From positions 124,001 through 188,000 of the forward strand of contig JBPGPT010000013.1 of the NCBI GenBank assembly GCA_051047955.1: a stretch of DNA of 64,000 bases, written 5' to 3'. Every line of letters starts with the position of its first letter. Position 1 is the first letter of the stretch. Source of the DNA: Cystobasidiomycetes sp. EMM_F5. Its lineage: Eukaryota. The notes below the pieces were generated by a model, which saw only the letters and a list, made by a program, of their open reading frames with translations, was not told where the DNA came from and made no database searches. Shown here in pieces: positions 1 to 11,861 of the stretch. The translations under genes and the position numbers were made by a program.

Positions 1-138
1 CCGTGCCATTGCCGCGTCGTCGGGACATGGTGTGGTGTGCGGTCGGGGCAAAGCAGACGCGTAAATGGATATTATCTTTTCTCCACGACAGCTGGATACT
101 CCACAACTAGTACAACAGTAACGACGTCCTTACCATGT

Positions 139-3037
139 TTACTCCCGTGAGAGGTGCGGCACCGGCAACGCTTCTACATCCGATATCTTCTTCTCCAAAG
201 CCAGCAGCGGGAGTTGCTCGACATCCTGCCGCATCTTGGGCTTCCAGTCAACACTGAGCAGATCCTCAAGCTCCTGAAGATTACTGCCTTGGGATATGAG
301 GAGATGCGACAATTGCCAGAACCGTCGGAGGTCCGTTTCGACCACTCCGCCAGCAGAGACTTCCAAGCCCTTTGCTCGTTCTGAAGCGACTTCGACTTCA
401 CTCATTAGCTCTTCAACCCTGTCGTTGATCAAAGGTAGTCCGAGAGGCAGCGGCTGAAGTAACGCTAGAGCAGCACTATGACACCACAGAATAGCAGCTG
501 TCGAGCTGGAGAACTTGGTGGCGCAGGCCGGAAACTGCGGCGAGATAACCGACCTTATCGGAATGCAGAATGGACCCATCGAGAGGATTCGAGCCCCGAT
601 GTCGATGCCTGCTAGCACCCTCTGGCAGGCGGCAACTTGGCGAACAAAGCGCTTCGCGCTCCACCCATCGTGCGTGCCCCACTCGGCCTGCGCAGATCTG
701 CAAGATCCCAAGTTAGCAAGAGATGTCTTCTCCGCGCACATAGAATTGACGTACTCGACATGGCCACCGAGAGCTAACAGGCGTTTCTCGGCTCCTGCGA
801 TTTGAATACGCAAAGCAGAGCATGCTGTCAGCGCTGCTGCGCTTTCTTCCACGCTGTCGACCATGTATCTTCCGAAGAGCTCGCCAAAGTCGCTCTGTAT
901 CTTGCAAACATCTCGCATGCTGTCTGCTAGATCCAAGCGCAGTACTTGTCGCGCATTTCTGCGGAGGACCAAGAACTGCAATGGAATCGCAATCCCGATC
1001 GCGATGCAGATGACAATGCAAGAGTTGCCTAGTCCTTCGGCCAAGCTGTATGGCGGATTGCTTTCTCGCAAGTGATACGCTTTATTGGCGTACGCTGCAA
1101 AAGCGAAACAGCCCAGAACACCCAGCATATCGTCCACTTCCCATGCTAGCCTCCATGAGAGACACAGTGTGTACAGTAACTGAAAGAAGATGACACCTGG
1201 ACTGAACAATAGGAAAGTCAGGCAAACATTCTCGCTTCGCGTGTATACAGGCTGCTTACATGCTTACGGTAGCACCTCCGACACCTCGCCAGACTAACAA
1301 TGTTACGAAGGCCCAAATGGCTCCCGAGAAGGTGCCCAGGAGTTCGGCTGTCCAAGCCAGCATGCTACCTCCCAAAGTAGGCATGAGAGCAAGTATGATA
1401 GGGACCGTAGCAGTCTGCACGTTCTTGTCCAAAAAGAAGCCTCGCGATGTGGGACTCCAGAGAATGGCTAGCATGGCGACGAGTGCCATTGTAATCTTCA
1501 GCGAGCTCATGGCTTCGTCGGTAGTGAGGATACGAAGAGCCTTCTGTGCGATAGAAGGAGCGGGTAGGAACGGATTATTAACCTCGGCAGAAGCCAAGAA
1601 ACGATTCCATCTTCGGAGCCTGCCAACATAGTCCGAGAGAGGTTCCATACTCTGTAGTACACGCAGCTGGAGTCCCTTGGGCTTGTGGGCAAATACCGTC
1701 ACCGACGCTGCCAGCGCATTGAGGCTTGTCGCAAGCGGACCTGCAAGCGAGATGCAGTGCGTCGCAATATGTACGTGACCGACGTCTGCGGGATTGCATT
1801 GACGTATGTTTACCAGAGATGCCAACATTTTCTCTGTAAGTCTCGCAGATGCGCTAGTAAATGCGAGCTGAGCAACACTTGCAGGGTCTTCACTGAGTTG
1901 CTTTTGGCCTTCTTGATGGTGAAAGCCGGCTCGAATGAGCTCTACGACCTCGCAGCAAGCTGTTCGATGACATTGATCAGCAATTGAACCGGAGCTTCTG
2001 CTGATGTGTCGCTGACCTGCGTGATACGCCCTTACAGGCTCATGCAAGAATCCAGCAACGTCCGTTGTTAACATTCGGTATGCGCAACGATCTATCACAC
2101 TTGTCGCCAGAATCACTCGCAACTTGTTCATCTCGTTCACCGTGACTTGCAGTTCCGACCAAGTCGCAGCTTCGAAGACAATTTCCCAGCCTGCGTATCT
2201 ATGTAAGACAGCGATGGCATCCGACTCCTGGAGGAGCTTGTTGTGGATCTCCTCCGCCGATAGCTGCAGAGGCTTGTCGCTGTACAGAAAATCGATGGCC
2301 ATTTGTATCGTTCGAAGGGATTCGTTTAGTTGGATCTGTAGGGCTGAACTGGCAAACTTAGGAAAGAAGACAAAATTATAGAACTGTGCGGAGTGAGACA
2401 GCGAGACTTAACAAGCGCAATGAGGAGGCAAAACGGAGCTCGCATACCAGTGTTATGGCCACGCCGAAAGACCAGCATTTGAGAAGGTCCCAAAGAGGTA
2501 CGACTCCGAACTCGCCGCTCATGCGGTACGAATTTGTGACGGCGTAGGCGCAGGCTGTTTGAGCGAAGAGCGCTCCTCCGCCAACGAAGCGGCTATATTG
2601 CCCGACCCATGACAGCAGAAAGACAAAGATGGCGAAGAGTAGTCCCTGAATGGTGTATTGCTTGCCCAGAAGCGCAAGGAGAATATAGCATGGAATGCTC
2701 AGAACCGTGCCTCCGACGTATCGATAGTAGATTTGCTCCCAGCATCCTCCGACGGGTTTGCTGACACCGCCCAGGAGCGTGAATGAGATCTGATCAGCCA
2801 GACTGAGAGGACTCGACCTGCGCTCGTCAATGCATGCTTTCAGCCTATCTTTCCGCGTCCGATAACGGATTGGACAACTGACCACATTCCAGCGTATCCG
2901 GGCACGATGGACAGAAGAGTGCCCGTGCAGAATGTCAGAGCGCATCTCAGCGAGTCTATGGACCGCCGCGACAGCAGCCATGCTCGAAAGGCGCTCGGCG
3001 CTCCTGCAGCTTTGGCTCTCAGGTTGACGGCCTTCAT
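139..3037 (-). CDS. Multi-pass membrane protein, FUSC/aromatic-acid-exporter (ArAE/ALMT)-like; 4 exons
   Basis: ORFs 2840-3037, 2376-2981, 1256-2302 and 139-1209 lie end to end, separated by intron-sized gaps; the first intron joins GMW-SSPLSLAD. There are two hydrophobic TM bundles separated by a long helical region, and the motif 'LMPTLGGS...LLGTFSGAIWAF' resembles the FUSC_2 repeat. Confidence 0.6.
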
Positions 3038-3368
3038 ATCTTCCTCCGTCAGCTGGATCAGCCGTCAGTCAGTCAGCGCGGACAGCAAGCAGCAATAGCG
3101 GGCGCTGTTTCAGCCGATCTTTCATTTCTTGACGGACTGACAGCTGACCTTGCCCTGCCGTCCGTCCTAACAAACCATGCTTCCGGATCCGGATATCAAG
3201 GATCCAAATCTGGACAAATCAAAAGTCGAACAAACAGGCTGTTCTTGGAGAATGCTATGAGCGCACAGTCTCATCTCTTACAAGCAGTCCCTTTCCCTTC
3301 GTCAGATTCATTCCATCCTCTTTGCTCGACCTCTTCACCCCCGCTGTTGCAGAACTAGATCCATCATC

Positions 3369-4133
3369 ATGCCTCCCAAGTCTACCAAGTCCAAAGCAAG
3401 CAAGGAGACGCCTCCCGTCGTGCAGATGCAAGGCGGCGAGATCCGCATCCAGATTTATACACCAAACTCCGAAGAGGTGAATTGCCATACCGACCTTTTT
3501 GCATCATGATGATAATCTAGGCGTGCATCTGACAAAGCGTTCCGTCATGCAGGAATCTGCCAAGTCTATACGCATCCATGAGATTCATAATGAGACCCTT
3601 GCGACTGTGAAGACTATGGCTGAAGACGACGTGCGTACATTTTTCCTCTCTATCGCGCCAACGTGGTGCCTGACCTGGGTCCTGAAACGCGATTGCCGAA
3701 CATAATCAGCCGGCTAGCGGACAAGATTCTGAACAGCATGCGTATGATACCAGTCCAAACGCACAAGCAGAGCAAAGCGCGGCTCGGTCCAACGTGGGAG
3801 GCGGTACCATCGTTATCGAAATTCATAACGAAACCCGATACATACACAATCACATACTCCGCTCCGGACCTAAATCTGCAAAAGCGGCACAGATGATCCC
3901 GACAGAGGAGAACGCACTCACCAAGAGACCTGGTAGAGTGTCTGCGGTAGGCTCTCATACCTTGGTATGGTGGTTTGCAGGCGAACTGACATACTACTTA
4001 TCAGCCCGCACAGTCCGTGAAGACCTTGAAGGACGCTTCGGCCAGCGCGGCTCCATACAACCTCCCCAACGGAAGCGGGAGAAAGACGCGCACTTCGTCG
4101 CGCAGCCCTGTCGCAGCAGCCGCAGAGCTGTAA
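3369..4133 (+). CDS. Small spliced orphan protein with a repeated EIHNET motif
   Basis: ATG 3369 (MPPKSTKSK). Introns 3477-3552, 3631-3709 and about 3947-4004 have GT-AG ends and keep an open frame to TAA 4131-4133. The last intron and stop are less certain. Confidence 0.6.
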
Positions 4134-4408
4134 AATTGTTAGCGACCGAGAAAAATGGCAGTCTCGCTCTCCGTTGTATACAAGATTCCACTGATGCAAG
4201 TCTCGACATGCCTTCCCGTGCACTATGTACCAGTCTTACTCCTGTTGTCGATTAGGCACCTGTAAAATTTGGCACTTGTTCACGATAGACGAGTCCTCGG
4301 TCCATACGCTAAGAACGGAAGCCATGCCTGTGTCACTTTGTCAAGCGAGATCACGAGAAATGATATGATACAACGACATCGCACAGAAAACTGCATGCCC
4401 AAACAATC

Positions 4409-6234
4409 CTAATTCTTCCATCTGCCCGCAAAAGTATCGTGAGTCCTGCTACCGTGCCATTTGCAATCAAGCGACTGAGTTTGAACTCACATCTTGACCG
4501 TCTTATCGCGACCACCCGAGGCTACTTTATCAGCAACGAAGTCCACACAGTAAACTTCGTCGGTATGTCCCGGCAGATCGACCTGCAATTTCTGTGTACG
4601 CAGGTTCCATAATTTCAGGGTCGAGTCTTTCGATGCTGAAACCAGCAGACGAGAATCCGATGAGAAAGAAACGCGATATACAGCAGCAACGTGTCCCCGT
4701 AATGACGCGATGAATCTGTAAGCGGGAGTCAGCCTCGCCTGTCATCGTTCACGATGCGGCATTACACATACTTGCCGGTCCTGCCATCCCACAGCTTGAC
4801 AGAATTATCCCACCCAGCTGATGCAATCCATCGACCATCAGGTGAGAATGCGACGTGGTTGACCATCTTCCGGTGACCCGTCAGTCTTGCTAACGGCTTC
4901 TTGGGGTTTGTCTCGGTCCTTGCATTAGGCCATAGGAATAAAGTATGATCATCGCTGCCGGAAATTAGCAGTTCTGGCTGCTGCGCTGTGAACGCTTTGT
5001 ACTTGGCCAAAGCTTTCGCTCTGGCGTCATCATTACTGGAGACGCGTGAAGTGACGTGATCGAAAGGTCCTGTGCGAAGGATGAAGTCGGTGTTGAGAGC
5101 AAGTGTATTGACCCAATGACCGTGCTCCGACAATGTTCGTATCGGCTTGCCAGTCTCCGAGTTCCACAACCTGACGGTACGGTCGCTCGATGCTGTATAT
5201 ATAATGCCGTCCCCTCCCCATCGTACAGCGTTCACGCTAGCCGTATGACCACCGAGCGCAAAATCTAGCCTCCTCGCTTTCGGCTGCCACACCCGCACTG
5301 ACCCGTCTTTACTTGCGCTAGCCAAGCGAGGCTCAGCAGCATTCAGATGGATTGGTTCCCACGCAAGGCCGGTGATCCATTTTGTGTGACCTTTCAAAGG
5401 CTCGCCGATGCCCTTGCCAGTTTTCGGATCCCATAAGCGGATGGTATTGTCGTGAGATCCGCTCGCCAAGGCTGTCTCCAAGCCGTTCCACTCTAGACAT
5501 AGCACCCATCCAGTATGTCCCACTAGGCTAGCTTTCGGTAATTCCGTTCCTAGATCCCACAGACGGACTGTATTATCGCCTGAACCTGTCGCGAGCATGT
5601 TGCCAGTTGGCGAAAAGGAAGCACATAGGATGGGCTGATCATGACCTTGTGGAAAGACTCCATCAGAGGCAGCAGTCTAGCCATGTGAAAAAAAAAAACC
5701 CCGCTTACCACTCAGTGTACTGCTACACCTCGTTATTTGCCGGACCTTGAATACTGCTTCGGGTTCGCATACCACGTTTAGGATATCCTCTGTGGATATG
5801 ACATTCTCGTGCTTCCTGATGACTTCTTGCAGGTCTTTGATGACCAAGGCTTTGTCTGGCGCATCATTGTCCCGCCCGTCGCCCGTTCTGCTCGGCAAGG
5901 CAACGTGAAAGCTGTACGGTGTTGGCTCATCGTCGTCGTCCTCCCCGTCCTCCTCTGCTTCACTTCCATCGATATCCCGCCGTCTTTGCAAGCGGTTTAG
6001 CTGTCGCTGCGTTTTTCTCAGCTGGTTTGCCAGCAGCTCGAGGCCAGCCCGGTCAGTGTCGGCGGGCAGGCGAACAGGCGGACCCAAAGCTGAGCCATCC
6101 AGCGAGGATGTGAACTGCACGACGATGGCCGGGGCGTCTGGCTTGACGGGCTGCGACGATGTGGAAGCTGCAGCTACTGCGGCAGCCTGTTCGCGCCGCT
6201 GCTTCTTGGACGGCGGAGGCACGACGGTCGCCAT
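4409..6234 (-). CDS. RSA4: Ribosome assembly protein Rsa4/Notchless (NLE domain + WD40 repeats)
   Basis: N-terminal MATVVPPPSKKQ; NLE-domain end 'EPEAVFKV'; multiple GH...WD repeats; C-terminal 'LPGHTDEVYCVDFVADKVASGGRDKTVK' followed by a short terminal exon WKN*. Confidence 0.93.
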
Positions 6235-6416
6235 GATTCTTGGACAGAGACAGTCGCAACTTGACAGAAAAGGTATGGCAATGGTCAGGTCTTGTCGGCG
6301 TTGGCAAAGCTGCGGTCAAAATTTATGGGCAATCGAGTCGCTTACGGTCGCTTAGATGGGTATTGACATTGAACGACACAAGCTAGCTTTTACACAGTTG
6401 CGGTACTTTGGACGAC

Positions 6417-7815
6417 TCATCTACCTATTGGTCTCTGTTTCTCCCAGGCATTCCTGTCGAGAACCAGTATCTGGCGAGTAAAGTCCAGGGGCCAGACACG
6501 AGCCATGATGCTCTCAATTGAGCCTTTCCAGCCTTTTCTTCCTTCTCTAGCCAGCGCGCCAGCTGTAGGAGAGGTAGCGCCAATGATCCGAAAGCCGCGT
6601 TCCAGGGCAGCACTTCGGAGTTTGCCTTCAAGCTTTGGGTCAATTTCGATAACAAGCTTTTCTATCCGTACTTTTCCTGCCTTTTCGCCGTTGGCGTTCG
6701 CGAATGCCTGCCCTGCACTCGCAGAAAATGCCGCCTCAATGACCAACGTGAGCATGTAGAGCGATATCCGGTCCAGATCCATCTGTCCGGCTTTGGCGCC
6801 CGACGCCGTCGTGCGAAAGTTGGCCGACACGCTCAAGTGCCGTAGGTGCACTATGCTACCGCTGGCGGAGCCGACACCCGGAAATGTCGAAGAAGACGGA
6901 AGTGGTGCGTAGGCTTGTTCGGGGAATCGAAAGTCGACAGTCTCGTTGCTATTGTTTCCGCCCATTCCACTACTTGCAGCTGTAGCCTGATTTTTTGTAA
7001 CGAGAGCCGAGGAAGAGACAGAGTGACCTTGTAGAAACTCCACAACCTTGTCATCATCCTCGTCTAGCTCGCCCTCGGTCGGTTCAGGAAGACTGCCGGC
7101 CTTTACATCAGGTGCCAGCGGTAATTCTTCCGTGTACGGTAGCGCTGGTCTCGGAGAATCAGAGTCTTCGAAGCGTTGTACTTCTCTGCACAAGTAAAAT
7201 TAGCATGCACGTTATTTCGTGCAAGCAATTAGGGATGGTTGATTAGGCTTGCCTTCCAGGGTTCCGAGCGTCTAATCCAAAGCATGCTGCGACCTGATTA
7301 TCGTAATGCAGACACCAGAAGGACGAGTTCTCTTGGCGGTTAAGACCCTCTATTCTGTCTGGATAGTAGTATCCCTCGACATCTCTCACGTCCACGCTCT
7401 TGATTTCATCGATGGCCATGCGTTTCCATACCTGGGTGTGGTAGAACAGGGCAGACCCGTACAATACTCCAATGATTCCAGCGAGGATTGGCATAGCATA
7501 GATGACGAGTTCGACATAGTCCTGCCATTTCCACGCGAGCCTGCTTCCGAGGACTTCTTCGAGGAAGGCGTCGTAATTGGACGGATCCCACATCTGGAGA
7601 TGGAGCGACGACGAGTAGGCCTGCCATAGCTTGTACAAGCCTGCGCTGACCGACACGATGAATATGGAGACTACGGGCGGGGTGACGAGAAAGACGGCGT
7701 TGCTCGTCGCAATATTGGCGATGGCTGACGAGTGGATGAGCGTGGGGACGGAGAGGAGGTCTGTGGAAGCATCGTAGGGTTTGAGAACGGAAGATGGGCC
7801 AGGAGCGGCAGACAT
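6417..7815 (-). CDS. Hypothetical membrane protein with GNAT acetyltransferase-like elements
   Basis: Two TM segments followed by 'FWCLHYDNQVAACFGLD' and 'IVHLRHLSVSANFR', resembling NAT8-like GNAT strands. Exons are joined through a GC-AG intron at 7186-7252. Confidence 0.5.
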
Positions 7816-8047
7816 GGCTGGACGTGGGTCGGACTTTTGGCTTGACGAGTAGAAGCAGCGCGAGCCAGCCGCAGCTGCGTTGGTATCGGACAGTAGCAGC
7901 ACCTCAGAGCTGGTCAGTGATGTCGAGCGTCAGGATCAGCTGTCGGATGGTCTAAAAGCAAGGATGTTGGTCAGCTTTTGGTTTGAGATTGAATCATTCA
8001 ATTGGGTTTCATTTCCGCCCAACACGCTGCAACTTGTGTCTGCAAAC

Positions 8048-8918
8048 ATGGCACCAGCATCGCAGTCTACGAGCAACATATGGACAGCCGCATCAGACGG
8101 CGATGCCGACCGGGTCAAGGTTGGCAATGGCAGACTGTAGGAAAAGAAATGGGCAAAACTGACACCTTTTCACATTCGCAGCATCTGATTGAGAATGAAG
8201 GACTGTCTCCAAACGTCAAGGACTCGAATGGCTACACGGCTATCCATGCCGCAGTCTCGTGGAATCACCCAAGCCTGCTCAGATATCTCTTGTCCAAGGG
8301 CGCAGACATAAACATCACTGACAATGACGGAGAGTGCGTGCGAGCTGCTGATATTCAAGGCAACGACGCACTGATGGGGAGGTATCATATAGCACCCCGC
8401 TCTTCGTCGTGGAAGACATGGATATGGTCAAGCTCGTCCTCGAGCTGGGTGGTGATCCGCACCTACACAATGAACAAGGACAGACAGCAGCCATGGCCCT
8501 TGCAGAGGATCAGCCCGATATCAGTGCATTCCTGTGCACACTGACCGGAGAATCACTCCCGGAATCTTCCTCCGCCGCAATGTCGGACCGCAACTCATCC
8601 AACACGCGAAATCCTGAAGAGGAACTAGCCTCCCTAGACCCAGTGTCGAGACAGGCTGCAATGGAAACAAATCAACGTGCTGGAGCACTGCTCGAACGGG
8701 TGCAGGCCATTCTCATGGATGCGGATGCTAGAGGCGAGGATCCGGAAGAACGGATACGAGCAGTCGTAGATGAAGCAGTCAGAGGTACAATGGAAGCTGG
8801 AAGACGGATGGCAGAAATGGAGGTGGACTCTACTCAAGTTGATACTGCATCTGCCGCAGCACCTTTGAACGGGGAGTCGGGGAAACGACCGAGACAAAAC
8901 GATGAGCCGAGTCGGTAA
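8048..8918 (+). CDS. Ankyrin repeat protein (small fungal type)
   Basis: 'NIWTAASDGD', 'DSNGYTAIHAAVSWNH', 'GADINITDNDGDTPLF', 'NEQGQTA'; two GT-AG introns. Confidence 0.85.
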
Positions 8919-9663
8919 CGTGTCGCATCATAGGGAGAAGCCCAAGCAGAACGCATGCATGGCTATCAAGCAGTGCCGGGACCGCGGATGATTCTCCATT
9001 GGCATGATTACTACCATACAACAGCCTGACTTCGTGTGACTGCCAAGCTCGTGGCCTTCGCAGTATCGAGTACAATGTCAGAACCCAAGAAAAGGTGTAG
9101 CATCGTACAACAGCGGTTCCAAGAAAGCTCATATTCAATAAAGACCAATACTCCGGATCCCTGGACTGCAATTCATGGAGTAAACTAATCCTTGTCGTAA
9201 CGCCAGAAGTGTAGACCAAGACTCCGAGTTCATTATAGAAAGAGTTGCGGACAGAATGGAAATTTTGCATTTGATTTTTGCGAGAATCGTAAGACTGCGA
9301 TGGGGAGACCGAGATAACATCGAGAAAATGACCCATCTGCGAGCCAGCTTCGAGCTGAGTGGCTGTCGCGTAGAGTGAGCCTTGATGTCGACATGGGTGT
9401 GGCTTGCGCAGGTGGAAGGGGTATACAGTCGATGAGCATACTAAAGCGGCGATGATGCAACGTATCTGCCAAGAGGCATCACATAATGCTGGAATGTCTT
9501 CTGATGCAGCACAGACAAAGTCGACCGATTAGCACGAAAGTGTATGAGTATGTGAGTGTACGTCGGGAAGTCCTGTCGCAAGGGTTCCGCAAGTCTTTAC
9601 AAATCGCCCAGCCCGCATTGCTTGATGCAGGAGTCATTGCGGCGGGCATGCAGGAGCTTTTGA

Positions 9664-11709
9664 TCAGTGTGCGACACCAGCGACCGGGCTTCGAGGCGTA
9701 TCTGGCAACACAGAGGAGTGCTGCTTTTCGCTGAGCTCGATAGCTCCTTGATTAGTTATATTTGACGGAGAGTATCTCGCTACAGCAGATGTAGGAGATA
9801 GATGCGTTGATTGCGGTTGTCCTTGTTGCTGTATGTATCGTTTGGGGGACGGAGGTCCAGAGGTATGCGGAGACGACGACGACGGAGAAGCTGCAGCGTC
9901 TGGCGATTGCAGTATTGGCGAGGTGTGGGCTTGAGTCGTGGCGATACTGGGCGTCCCTACCCGACTCGACGTGTTTGCTAGAGGTTGCTCGTCCACGCTT
10001 ATTATTTTACTATGCCGCGTACCGATGGTCGCAGAGGATGTCGTTTGCCCGTGTGGGTCGGGAAACCAGGCTGTAGAGTGCACGAATATGTTTGAGCTGA
10101 CTGTGGTTATACGTCAATTCTGACGGCCTACATTTTCGTGACATTGCAGTATGATCATACACCAAGAATGATTCTTCCATCAAACGCATTTCCTGAAGTA
10201 TTTTAAAAGCGTAGTCTCAGCGGGAGACGGCTCGACGACGGACCTGGTGCGTTCAAACACTTACGCTACTCATCGAATTGATATCATTCTTCTTTGGGTC
10301 CCTCTTTTTAGCCTTTAGGGGATGATCCTCGAGCAACAACTCTTCCAACTCGTGCGTTGCATCAAAATTTGCCTTTTTGCTGTCTGGCACAAACGGCGGG
10401 TCTGCCGTCTTTGCTTGTATAGCAGTCCAATCGAGATTCCGCATCCACGGATGGGCCTTGATGCCTTCAATCCCGCCTGTCGGTTTACACCCTAGTCGTT
10501 TGTGATAGTCACGCTCGAGAAGCTTCGTCGTCGGATATGGAGAATAGGTCAACAAAGCTCGGAATGAACCGAGGATCATATGTGCCTTACCCCGTTCAAG
10601 AAGCTAACACACTCGCTCGACACGACCTGTGGAGGAGCATCGGGAAGCCGCAGCTGATCTCGCAGTATACAGGCAGTAAGTGCAGTATTTGTCTTGCCCC
10701 TGAATGGTCTCTTGCCAAACAGCAGCTCCCAGGTCGCAACGCCCAGAGACCACCAGTCGACTGTGTATGTATACCCGCGCTTCATGAGCACTTCTGGGGC
10801 CATGTAGGCCATACTCCCGGCAACAGATGTGAGCGCCCGTCGTTCGGTGAAGTGGACTGCAATGTTGAAGTCTGTGAGATGGGCGTGACCCCGCTCGTCG
10901 AGTAGGATATTGTCGGGTTTGATGTCGCTGTGGTGTAATTGCCGGGTCAGTGATGGTACGTCGGATATGTCAAGTACGAGGCGACTATGCGCACCGATGC
11001 ACAATTCCCTTGTTGTGAAGGTAGTCCAAGCCGAGGGCAATCTCTGCGACCAAGAACTTTACGCTCTCCTCTGGGAGGTGACCCATCCTGTCGAGGTGGA
11101 ATCGGAGATCACCGCCGAGCATGAGATCGAGGACCATGAAGAGGTTCTCGTCATCCTGGAAGGCATATCGGAGGTTGCACACGAATGGACACTCAATCTC
11201 CTCGAGCAGTCTCCGTTCCTGAATGATGTTTTGGACGGCGTGTTGCTTGATGCAGCGCTGTAGGTGATGTGGGATAGAGAGGGCGCAAGTCAGTACTGCA
11301 TCCAATGAGCCCCAATACTCCGCACATCGCATTTGCGACTGTCCATTTCATGAACCGAATCTCGGCCGTAAACTGCGCTAGTCGACTGACCTGCTTGTTG
11401 ATGTATTTGAGCGCGTAGAGGTCTTTTGTCTGCTTGTGCTGGACTACGCGGACCTGCAGACATTGTCAGAGTGTCGGCCCATCTACCTCCAATGCCATTT
11501 GCTGCCATTCGCTGCCCACCTTGCCAAAGGCGCCCTTGCCAACGCTGCGGAGGAGGTAGAAGTGCCAGAGGTCGATGGGGCTGTCAAAGTCGATTTGCTG
11601 GGGGGTGGAATGGGGGTGTGTTATGAAACGAGTGAGCTGGGTGTTGATGTATTTGAAATCATCATTGACAATTATTGCTCACCTCTGGCTTGCAGCACAG
11701 CACGCCCAT
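9664..11709 (-). CDS. AGC-group Ser/Thr kinase, YANK/STK32 type
   Basis: [27 protein letters not shown] in place of DFG (a YANK hallmark), YMAPE, DWWSLG, AGC tail '[16 protein letters not shown]'; first exon MGVLCCKPE. Confidence 0.9.
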
Positions 11710-11861
11710 GGCTGGCGAGGGCAGCGAGTAACACCAATACTGCTACTGCTAGTGACTGAGTGTTGCCATGTCGTGTATTATTCATGTAATTATGCCATGA
11801 GTTGGGTGAATATCAACCAGGTTTGAATCTCATTCAACGACTTGGCTTTGCTTTGCTTCAA

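Noticed and set aside
3182..3193. 12-bp palindrome TCCGGATCCGGA in a divergent promoter
   Set aside because: A palindrome of this length is expected by chance in 64 kb, and there is no supporting context.
5688..5698. A-homopolymer run
   Set aside because: It is a T-tract inside an RSA4 intron, not a retroposed poly(A) tail.
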